Below, in pieces: positions 8,369 to 15,989 of a stretch of DNA of 32,000 nt (positions within the stretch are counted from its first letter, which is position 1; each line of letters opens with the position of its first letter). The position numbers and the translations under genes are program-made. The stretch comes from Gemmata obscuriglobus (GTDB lineage Bacteria > Planctomycetota > Planctomycetia > Gemmatales > Gemmataceae): assembly GCF_008065095.1 (NCBI RefSeq), contig NZ_CP042911.1, positions 8,580,001 to 8,612,000 of the forward strand. Direction: 5' to 3'. The notes beneath the pieces are model-generated. The model worked only from the letters and a program-made list of their open reading frames with translations, was not told where the DNA came from and searched no databases.

Positions 8369-9202
8369 ATGCGTACCTGTCTCGTGACCCTCGTCATCGC
8401 CGCTCTGCCGGCCGCCGCGGCAGAGCCCGCCGTTCTGCCCGCCCCCCGGAACACCGCCGACCGGCACGTGCAGACCGTGTTGAAGCGGCTGAAGACCGAG
8501 GGCATGAGCGGTGTTATCGAGTTCGTCTTCGACGAGAAGACCGGGAGCCCGCCGGCGGCCGACAAACGGGCCGAACTGGCGGCCAACTTTCTCCGCGTCC
8601 GCAACGTGCAGGTGCAGGCGCTCGGGAAGCCGGCCGGCGACCCGGAGTTGCTCCGCGCCGACGTGTCCGGCCGGTCGCTGGTGCGGTACGTGTACGCCGA
8701 GCCGATGGAGCGCGGGCTGGTCATCTGGCAGTTCACCTTTTACCGCGCCGAAGGCGGTGACTGGCGGTGCCTCACCTTCCAGTCGGGCGACGGCTCCGAG
8801 GCGGAGTTCCGGGCGCTCGCGGCGGACGCCGACTTCGCGGACGCGAAGAGGAACGCCGGCGCCGCGCTCGACGCGCTGAAGGCGGGGGGCGTGTCCGGGC
8901 TGTTCGACGTGGTTTGGGCCGACGGAAAAAACGTCATCTCTGCGGAGCGCGGTCCGGTGGAGAAGACGTTCGCCAAGCTCCGCGACGACGCCGCGGCGCT
9001 GCTCGGCAAGTCACAGGGCGATGCCGAGTGGGTGCGGACGGAGGCGGTGGGCCGGCGGCTGGTCCGGTTCATCTACCTGGACAAGTACGAGCGCGGCACG
9101 GCGGTGTGGAAGTTCACCCTGTACCGCGTGGGCGGCGAATGGAAGTGGTGCAACGTGAACTTCAACGGCGACCCGGCGACCAGTTTCTCGGTCGTCCCGT
9201 GA
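8369..9202 (+). CDS. exported hypothetical protein built from two tandem homologous domains
   Basis: Signal peptide MRTCLVTLVIAALPAAAAEP. There is a clear internal duplication: GRSLVRYVYAEPMERGLVIWQFTFYRAEGGDWRCLTFQSGD versus GRRLVRFIYLDKYERGTAVWKFTLYRVGGEWKWCNVNFNGD. I recognise no family. Confidence 0.6.
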   Translation: MRTCLVTLVIAALPAAAAEPAVLPAPRNTADRHVQTVLKRLKTEGMSGVIEFVFDEKTGSPPAADKRAELAANFLRVRNVQVQALGKPAGDPELLRADVSGRSLVRYVYAEPMERGLVIWQFTFYRAEGGDWRCLTFQSGDGSEAEFRALAADADFADAKRNAGAALDALKAGGVSGLFDVVWADGKNVISAERGPVEKTFAKLRDDAAALLGKSQGDAEWVRTEAVGRRLVRFIYLDKYERGTAVWKFTLYRVGGEWKWCNVNFNGDPATSFSVVP

Positions 9203-9230
9203 GCCGCCCGAAGGTTCGGTGAAACTGTCA

Positions 9231-9257
9231 GAAACCCGCGGCCCAGCCGCGGGTTTC
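9231..9257 (+). terminator. GC-rich hairpin between the exported-protein gene and the GH3 gene (no U-tract)
   Basis: GAAACCCGCGG (9231-9241), loop CCCAG, CCGCGGGTTTC (9247-9257): a perfect 11-bp stem. Confidence 0.4.
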
Positions 9258-9275
9258 GTCGCGCGCGGGTGTGCT

Positions 9276-10970
9276 ATGTCTCTGAAACGCTTCCTCCTCG
9301 TCCGCCTCGGTCGGCTCCTGACCTACCCGGTGCGGCGGCAGTTGCGCCAGTTCGAGGTCGCGTGCCAGAACCCCGAAGCGGTTCAAACGGAACTGCTCCG
9401 CGACATCATCCGCAAGCAGGCGGACACGCAGTTCGGCCGCGACCACAAGTTCGGCACGGTGCGCGCCGTCGCGGACTTCCGGGCGAACGTCCCGGTCGCG
9501 CCTTATGAGTACGTTAGCCCCTACATCGAAAAAGTGCAGAACGGCGACACCCGCGCGCTCTTGGCCGACAAGCGGGTGCTGATGTTCGCCCTCACGAGCG
9601 GCACCACCGCGAGCCGGAAGCTGATCCCGGTGACGGACGCCTACCTGGCGGCGTACCGGCGCGGGTGGAACATGTGGGGCGTGAAGATGTACCGCGACAA
9701 CCGCGGGCGCCGGATCGCCATGCGGCCCATCGTGCAGCTCGGCGGCGACCCGGAAGAGTTCCGCACCCCGGCGGGCACCCCGTGCGGCAACCTCTCCGGC
9801 TACACCGCGATGGTGCAGAAGCGGATCATTAAGCGGATGTACGCGGTGCCGTACGTGACCGGCAAAATCAAGGACGCCCGGGCGCGCTACTACGTCGCGC
9901 TGCGGTTCTCGGTCGGCCGTAACGTGTCGCAACTGATGGCCGCCAACCCGAGCACGCTCGTCCAACTGGCCCGCACCCTCGACGCCGAAAAAGAGCACCT
10001 GCTGCGCGACCTTCAGAACGGCACGCTCCGCGCGGACCTCGACATTCCTGCCGACGTTCGTGCGTACCTGGAGCCGCGGGTGTCCCGCGACGCGGCCCGG
10101 GCGCGCGAGCTGTCCGCGGTCGCGTCGAAGATGGGTCGGCTGTACCCGCAGGACGTGTGGCCCACGGAAGGGACGGTCATCAACACCTGGACCGGCGGCA
10201 GTATGGGGCCGTACCTGCGCCAGTTGCCGCAGTATTACGGCACACCGCCGGTTCACGATCTCGGGCTGCTCGCGAGCGAGGGCCGGTTCACGATCCCGCT
10301 GTCCGGCGGCACCGCGAGCGGCGTGCTCGACATCTGGTCGCACTACTTCGAGTTCGTGCCGGAAGCCGAAATGGAGTCCGCGCGGCCGACGGTGCTCGGC
10401 GCGCACGAACTTCAGGAGGGCAAGAGCTACTTCATCCTGCCGACCACGAGTTACGGCCTGTACCGCTACCACATTTCGGACCTCGTTCGCGTCACCGGGT
10501 TCTACGGTCGCACGCCCGAAGTCGAGTTCCTCGGGAAGGGCCACCGGTTCGCGAACCTCACCGGCGAGAAGCTGAGCGAGTACCACGTGACCAAGGCGTT
10601 CGACGCGGTGGCGCAGGGCGTGCCGCTTCCCGTGACCGCGTACTCGATCGCGCCGATCTGGGACGACCGGCAACCGTACTACGCACTCTTCCTCGAAGAG
10701 CCGGACGCCGCGAACGGGTCCCTCAAGCCGTTCCTGGCGGCGCTGGACGCGCGACTCGGCGTGGAGAACGTGGAGTACGCCGCGAAGCGCGAGAGCGGGC
10801 GGCTCGGGGCGCTCCGGGCCGCGGTTGTCCCCGCGGGCACCTGGGGGGCATGGGATCGCGCGCGACTGGCACAAACGGGCGGCTCGCCGGAGCAGTACAA
10901 GCACCCGTGCCTGATCGGTGACCTGAAGTTCCGCGACACGATGACCGTCTTACGTGAGGTCGGCGCCTAG
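9276..10970 (+). CDS. GH3-family (auxin-responsive promoter family) adenylate-forming acyl-acid amido synthetase homolog
   Basis: Shows FALTSGTTASRKLIPVT (the GH3/ANL nucleotide motif), LLASEGRF (compare YASSE) and YRYHISDLVRVTGF (compare YRLGDVV). Length is about 565 aa. I prefer start MSLKRF. Confidence 0.85.
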   Translation: MSLKRFLLVRLGRLLTYPVRRQLRQFEVACQNPEAVQTELLRDIIRKQADTQFGRDHKFGTVRAVADFRANVPVAPYEYVSPYIEKVQNGDTRALLADKRVLMFALTSGTTASRKLIPVTDAYLAAYRRGWNMWGVKMYRDNRGRRIAMRPIVQLGGDPEEFRTPAGTPCGNLSGYTAMVQKRIIKRMYAVPYVTGKIKDARARYYVALRFSVGRNVSQLMAANPSTLVQLARTLDAEKEHLLRDLQNGTLRADLDIPADVRAYLEPRVSRDAARARELSAVASKMGRLYPQDVWPTEGTVINTWTGGSMGPYLRQLPQYYGTPPVHDLGLLASEGRFTIPLSGGTASGVLDIWSHYFEFVPEAEMESARPTVLGAHELQEGKSYFILPTTSYGLYRYHISDLVRVTGFYGRTPEVEFLGKGHRFANLTGEKLSEYHVTKAFDAVAQGVPLPVTAYSIAPIWDDRQPYYALFLEEPDAANGSLKPFLAALDARLGVENVEYAAKRESGRLGALRAAVVPAGTWGAWDRARLAQTGGSPEQYKHPCLIGDLKFRDTMTVLREVGA

Positions 10971-11026
10971 TGCGCGTGGCCGGGGGCGTTCTGCTCGGGG
11001 TGGCAGCGCGGCACCAAAGCGGCGGC

Positions 11027-11140
11027 TGAGCCAAGGCGATTTTGACAGGATCGACAGGATAAACAGGATTTAAATCGACCTGTCTTCATCCGGTGAATCC
11101 TGTCGATCCTGTCAAAATCGCCTTCGTAAACACGAGGCCG
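11027..11140 (+). repeat. palindromic ACAGGAT-heptamer repeat element, copy A
   Basis: Perfect 25-nt inverted repeat GCGATTTTGACAGGATCGACAGGAT (11036-11060) / ATCCTGTCGATCCTGTCAAAATCGC (11097-11121). ACAGGAT occurs three times forward and twice reversed. It is near-identical to 12658-12771. Confidence 0.8.
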
Positions 11141-11342
11141 GCGTGGGCGCGAAACGCAGCCGCGACTATCCGCCCGTCCCGTCACCCGTTCTTGGCGACT
11201 GGCCCGCGTGCTTTGTGTGGTCGGGCAATTCGCGCATCGTGAAGGTGGTTGCGGTTGTGTCGCGAGGCGGGCCGGCGGCCCGCGCTCCAGCGCCGCATCG
11301 ATATACTCACCCCTGTTTCATACCCTCGCCGAGTGAGTTGTC

Positions 11343-12560
11343 ATGCCAGCCGCCGCGCCCGCAATTACTGTCGACACCGCCGCCGCCGTGGAGCGGCTCT
11401 TGCGCTTCCTGTCGGTCAACGCGATCACCGGGCACGAAGGTCCCATCGGTAAGGAACTCGCCGCGGCGCTTCAGGAAGTCGGCGTGCCGGCGAAGGCCAT
11501 CACCTTCGACGACGCCCACACGCGCATCCCCGAGCCGACGCCGATCGGCAACCTCATCGTCAAACTTCCCGGTACCGGGAAGAAGGGCGCGCAGCCGATC
11601 CTGTTCATGACGCACATGGACACGGTCCCGCTGTGCGCCGGTGCGAAGCCGAAAATCGCCGGCAAGCGGGTCGTAAACGAACTGGAAGGCACCACCGCGT
11701 TGGGCGGCGACAACCGCACGGGGTGTGCGGTGCTCGTAACCCTGGCCGCGGAACTCATCAAGCAGAAACTCCCGCACCCGCCCATCACGATGCTGTTCAC
11801 GGTCCGCGAGGAGAGCGGGCTGTTCGGCGCGAAGCACCTCAACCCCGTCGACCTGGGCGGCCCCGCCGTGGGCTTCAACTTCGACGGCCGCAGCGCCGCG
11901 GACGTGATCGTCGGCGCGATCGGGGCCGACCGCTGGTTCGTGGACATTCGCGGGAAAGCCGCGCACGCCGGGGTCGCTCCGGAAAAGGGCATCTCCGCCA
12001 CAATGGTACTCGCGCTGGCAATGGCCGAGGTGTACGAGGGCGGGTGGTTCGGCAAGGTGATCAAGGACGGCCGCGAGGGGACCAGTAACGTCGGGCTCGT
12101 GGGCACCGCCGACGGCAAGAGCGCCGGGGACGCGACCAACGTGGTCACGGACTTCGTACACGTGAAGGGCGAGAGCCGTAGCCACGACGCGAAGTTCGTG
12201 CGCGAGATCACCGCCGCTTATAAGACCGCGTTCACCAACGCCGCCGCGAAGGTCAAAGACCACGAGGGCCGGGCCGCGAAAGTGAAGTTCACTTCGCGAC
12301 TCGATTACGTGCCGTTCCGGCTGAAGTCCGACGCGCCTGTTGTGAAACTGGCCGAGGTGGCAATTCAGAAGATCGGGCGCACGCCGAACCTGCGCACGAC
12401 GAACGGCGGGCTGGACGCGAACTGGATGGTGAAGCACGGCATCCCGACGGTGACCTTCGGGGCCGGACAGAACGAGATTCACACGGTCAAGGAGTTCGTG
12501 GACCTGCGCGAGTTCGAGAGCGCGTGCCAATTGGCACTGGTGCTCGCGACCGCCGAATGA
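11343..12560 (+). CDS. M20-family metallopeptidase (peptidase T-like)
   Basis: Shows HMDTVP, GGDNRTGCAV (bridging Asp) and REESGLFGAKH (Glu-Glu). Length is 405 aa, similar to PepT. Confidence 0.85.
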   Translation: MPAAAPAITVDTAAAVERLLRFLSVNAITGHEGPIGKELAAALQEVGVPAKAITFDDAHTRIPEPTPIGNLIVKLPGTGKKGAQPILFMTHMDTVPLCAGAKPKIAGKRVVNELEGTTALGGDNRTGCAVLVTLAAELIKQKLPHPPITMLFTVREESGLFGAKHLNPVDLGGPAVGFNFDGRSAADVIVGAIGADRWFVDIRGKAAHAGVAPEKGISATMVLALAMAEVYEGGWFGKVIKDGREGTSNVGLVGTADGKSAGDATNVVTDFVHVKGESRSHDAKFVREITAAYKTAFTNAAAKVKDHEGRAAKVKFTSRLDYVPFRLKSDAPVVKLAEVAIQKIGRTPNLRTTNGGLDANWMVKHGIPTVTFGAGQNEIHTVKEFVDLREFESACQLALVLATAE

Positions 12561-12657
12561 ATGAGTGGAATGCTAAACGTCTTGGGGATCGTGCCACAAT
12601 GAGTTCGGCTTCGTGGCCGGCCCGGGACGAGGGCGTGTGGCATCAACGCTCGACGGA

Positions 12658-12771
12658 TGAGCCGAGAAGATTTTGACACGATCGACAGGATGAACAGGAT
12701 TTCAACTCGATCTGTCTTGATCCGGTGAATCCTGTTCATCCTGTCAAAAATTGTGTTCGTGCATACGAGAC
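12658..12771 (+). repeat. palindromic ACAGGAT-heptamer repeat element, copy B
   Basis: Same orientation and layout as copy A. GACAGGATGAACAGGAT (12684-12700) is perfectly complementary to ATCCTGTTCATCCTGTC (12729-12745). Shared flanks are TGAGCC.A...GATTTTGAC and TTCGT..A.ACGAG. Confidence 0.8.
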
Positions 12772-12831
12772 TCGCACGGACCGAAACTGCGATCATCTAC
12801 CCACTCCGCCATCAGTTCTTATCAGGCGCAC

Positions 12832-12864
12832 GCAACGAACCCGGCTGGTGGCCGGGTTCGTTGC
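12832..12864. terminator. bidirectional terminator-like hairpin between convergent genes
   Basis: GCAACGAACCCGGC (12832-12845), loop TGGTG, GCCGGGTTCGTTGC (12851-12864): a perfect 14-bp stem. It lies 29 nt beyond the minus-strand gene stop. Confidence 0.55.
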
Positions 12865-12892
12865 ATTCCGTTACCTGGTACTGATGCAGCGC

Positions 12893-13411
12893 TTACACCG
12901 CGGCGTTGAGCGGCGGGATGGTGCGGTTGTACCCGCCGGAGCGGTGCAGGATCGACCACGCTTCTGCGGTCCGGCCCCCGGCTTCGACGGTCACCAGGAA
13001 CCGCCCGCCGTGAACTTCGGACTCGTAGTAACGGGCGTCGTCTTCGGGGATGCCCAGGCCGATGAGCGCCCCCACCAGCCCGAGGATCGCGGCGCCGCCG
13101 GCGGCGTTGAGCAGCACCGTGCCCAGCGTGCCGATCGCCAGCACCGGCCCGATCACCGGAATGGTTCCGGCGAGTACACCCAGCCCCACCAGCGCACCGG
13201 CTCCGGCGCCTACTACGGCTCCGGCGGCCGCGCCCTCGCCCGCAAGCGTCTCGTTGTTGCGCTCGTTGACCATGTTGCCGTCGGCGTCGCGGGCGATCAT
13301 CCCGATGTTATCGTCGCTGAAGCCCGCGTCACGCAGCTCGTTGATCGCCGTTTCGGCTTCCGAACGGGTGTAGAACACGCCCACAACCGCGTTCGCCGTT
13401 GCCTTCTTCAT
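12893..13411 (-). CDS. general-stress-protein-like membrane protein (YflT/17M-like N-domain plus glycine-zipper segment)
   Basis: Start MKKATANAVVGVFYTRSEAETAINELRDAGF with GGGAGA upstream. Contains a Gly/Ala zipper GAAAGAVVGAGAGALVGLGVLAGTIPVIGPVLAIGTLG. The C-terminus reads EDDARYYESEVHGGRFLVTVE. The ORF-track N-terminal extension to 13687 is Arg-rich and implausible. Confidence 0.7.
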   Translation of the reverse strand: MKKATANAVVGVFYTRSEAETAINELRDAGFSDDNIGMIARDADGNMVNERNNETLAGEGAAAGAVVGAGAGALVGLGVLAGTIPVIGPVLAIGTLGTVLLNAAGGAAILGLVGALIGLGIPEDDARYYESEVHGGRFLVTVEAGGRTAEAWSILHRSGGYNRTIPPLNAAV

Positions 13412-13623
13412 GTCCGTTCTCCCGACTGAGAAAGGGCGGGCATGGGTTTCCCCTGCCGGCCCGAACCCGATGCAGACGGAGAAGGTAGAAGCACACGCGG
13501 TGCCGAATGTTCGGCTCCACTTCCAGAAACCCGAAGTGTTCTCATCGCGCGGCGTGATTCTCGCCTTTGAGCGTTGTCCGCGAACGGAGTTGAACGAGCG
13601 CCTCACGCGTCGGATCCGCAGGG

Positions 13624-13690
13624 CCGGCATGCACGCGGAGCGGACCGGACGCGCGGAGCATTCACTCACGGCGTGAGTGGGCCACACTCA
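13624..13690 (+). repeat. copy 2 of the dispersed repeat (core CGCGGAGCGGACCGGAC-N-CGCGGAG)
   Basis: Matches 4434-4487. This copy also contains the hairpin CACTCA-cggcg-TGAGTG. Confidence 0.6.
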
Positions 13691-13912
13691 TAAGGCTGTG
13701 CATGGGTGCGTCACATCAACTTGAAATCACTGAAGTGTGGTTGAAGAAGAGCGGCGATTGGGTGCGTCACCCGCCTGCCGACGCAGGCGGGTGCAACCGC
13801 GGCGTGTTCGGGTCTCTCGGCCGATCGCCAAGGCCGCGCTAGCGGGAATGGACCGCACTTGGTATCACGCGCCTTGAGGGCAAAGGCTCGCGGCGCGGCA
13901 CCGGTATCGTGG

Positions 13913-15391
13913 TCAGAAGTCCGTTTTGTACTTTTCGCCGAGCTTGCGGCGGGCGTCGGACATGGTCTGATCGATCTTGCTCCAGGTCGCGATCCGGCGC
14001 TTGTGGTCGTCCGCGACCACCTTCGCCATCTCGCCCTGAACCTGGGGCAGGTTGGTTTGCACCCCCTGGGGCGCGACGATCGCCCCGCGGTACCCGCCCC
14101 ACCACCCGCCGTAATGCGGCCAGCCCCAGTTCGGGTACACCCCCCACTGCGTGTACGAGTAGCCCTTCGACGCGGCCGCGGTCACGTCAACCGGCACCCC
14201 GCGCAGGCTGGCCGCGATGGCACGCAGCCCCTGGGCGGCCTGGTGCGCCGCGTCCACAGCCGCCGGGTCCACGTTGCGCCGCGAGAGCTGCTCCAGTTGG
14301 GCCGCGGCCTTATCGTGCCACGTCGCGGTCTTGCCGTAGTCGCTGCTGTCCTTCACGTATTTGATGTCCGTCAGGATGGCGTCGGCCGCGCGCAGGTAGC
14401 GCTGGGTGGCGCCGGCGCTCGGTGCGTCGCCGGGTGCGGCGGGCGCGTCGGTGCCCTCCGGCCGCGGGAACGCGAACAGCGACACGATGCGCCGCAGGTC
14501 GTCGCCCGACAGCGGCCCCGACAGCGTCATCGTCTTGTCGGTGAAGGTCGCCTCCCACTTCTCCAGGCCCGCGAGCGAGACCCCGTACCCGTCGATCATT
14601 TCAAGGAACAGGTCCTTCAGCACCCCCTTGTACCGGTTCACGTCCTCGGGGAAATCGACGACCAGTTTCCCGGCCACGGCGTCGGTCACCTTTGCGGAGA
14701 ACGTGAGCCCTTTTACGCGGCTCAAGAACGCCGCCAGCGCGGACTGGTTCACGCCCTTGTGCTTGACCAGCACCGGGCTGACGCTCAAGCCGTACCGGAG
14801 GAGCGCCGGCTCCAGCACGTCTTCGAGGTCGAGCGCGATCGTGACCGTGTCTCCCCCGGCGGCGTCCGCGGCCGTCTTGAGGTACGGGACCAGCGGGGGC
14901 AGCTTGCCGCCGCGGTGCGCCTTGAGCCACCGCGACACGTACTGCCGGTCGGCCGGGTACACCGCTGCGAGCGTCTCGCCCGGGAAGCTGGTGAAGTACA
15001 CCTCGCGCGGCGACACGACGGTCAGTTGCCCCGCGATCTCGTCCGTGGTGCCGCCCTCCTGGGCCGCGAGCGTCTTGAAGTTGGGGAGCCCCTTCACCTT
15101 CACGAGCCCGACCTGGAAGTCGCGGCTCATGGTGGTGAAGTTGACCTCCCCGGCGATGGCGACGAGGTCGGCGTCGGGCGGGAAGAACCCGAGCCCGCCG
15201 TGCCCGCTCTGCTGAACCTTCTCGGCCCACTTGTCCCTCTTGGCGAGCGGGCTGGCGGCGGCGGCCTTCACGTCGATGAGGACGAGGGCGTTGGTGTTGG
15301 CGGAGCTGTGCTTGAGCAGGTCGTCGTAGGGGCCGGCGCCGGCGGCCGGCGCGCACGCGAGCAGCGCCGCGACGGCAAGGGAGCGGTACAT
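13913..15391 (-). CDS. secreted hypothetical protein (492 aa) with a Trp/Gly/Tyr-rich patch near the C-terminus
   Basis: Signal peptide MYRSLAVAALLACAPAAGAGP. Amino-acid composition is balanced, unlike the Arg-rich plus-strand ORF 13859-15424 that overlaps it. I recognise no family. Confidence 0.7.
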   Translation of the reverse strand: MYRSLAVAALLACAPAAGAGPYDDLLKHSSANTNALVLIDVKAAAASPLAKRDKWAEKVQQSGHGGLGFFPPDADLVAIAGEVNFTTMSRDFQVGLVKVKGLPNFKTLAAQEGGTTDEIAGQLTVVSPREVYFTSFPGETLAAVYPADRQYVSRWLKAHRGGKLPPLVPYLKTAADAAGGDTVTIALDLEDVLEPALLRYGLSVSPVLVKHKGVNQSALAAFLSRVKGLTFSAKVTDAVAGKLVVDFPEDVNRYKGVLKDLFLEMIDGYGVSLAGLEKWEATFTDKTMTLSGPLSGDDLRRIVSLFAFPRPEGTDAPAAPGDAPSAGATQRYLRAADAILTDIKYVKDSSDYGKTATWHDKAAAQLEQLSRRNVDPAAVDAAHQAAQGLRAIAASLRGVPVDVTAAASKGYSYTQWGVYPNWGWPHYGGWWGGYRGAIVAPQGVQTNLPQVQGEMAKVVADDHKRRIATWSKIDQTMSDARRKLGEKYKTDF

Positions 15392-15989
15392 CGGGTGTCC
15401 TCGGTGGTGCGGGGGCGACGGTGATTTTAGTGCGCGGCCGATTCAGGACCGGTCTTCAGGGTACAGCGGCCCCGCGCCGTCACGCCGCGGCACGCGGGGA
15501 GTGAAACAGCGGAAATAATGGCGGCGCGTGCTCGTTGTCTTTGCACCCCGGAGGGGGCGCCGGGCGTCGCACAGGGCGGAAGCCCCGTGACTCAAGCTCC
15601 GCACGCGGGTCACACTCAAGCGGGCCGAAAGCGGTCGCGCACCAGCGGCGCCAGCCTGCCCTGGTCCAGATGTTGTGAGAATTGACGAGCGTCCATCCGT
15701 TTCGGTGATTCGCCCAACCCGTCTTTTCGCGCTTTTGAACCAGAATCGCGGGCGGAAAAGCCCGAATTCCTCAAGCCCTCTTGTTTCTGTACCGGACGTG
15801 CGCAAAAATAACTCCGACAACCACACCTAACGATGCACCGGCTTCGGGCCGCCCGCGTCGGGGTGTCGGGTCGCTTGTCCCCTACCGCCCACCGGCGGAC
15901 CGGGCGGGTAGCCCGGCAACCGCGGCGTGGGCGCTTCCAGGGCCGGTGCCGGCGTTTACCGGCGCGGTGTGAGCCGAGGGTCAAGCGAC

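Noticed and set aside
10967-12796. Small minus-strand ORFs 10967-11185 and 12479-12796, translating as ...FDRIDRIHRMKTGRF... and ...FDRMNRIHRIKTDRV...
   Set aside because: Their similarity is a by-product of translating the two copies of the palindromic ACAGGAT repeat. There is no SD, and they overlap hairpins and intergenic DNA.
15392-15989. A tRNA or rimP hidden in the nusA upstream region. TTTGAACC at about 15733 resembles a reverse-strand T-loop.
   Set aside because: The flanking bases do not form a T-stem or acceptor stem. No frame gives RimP-like sequence.
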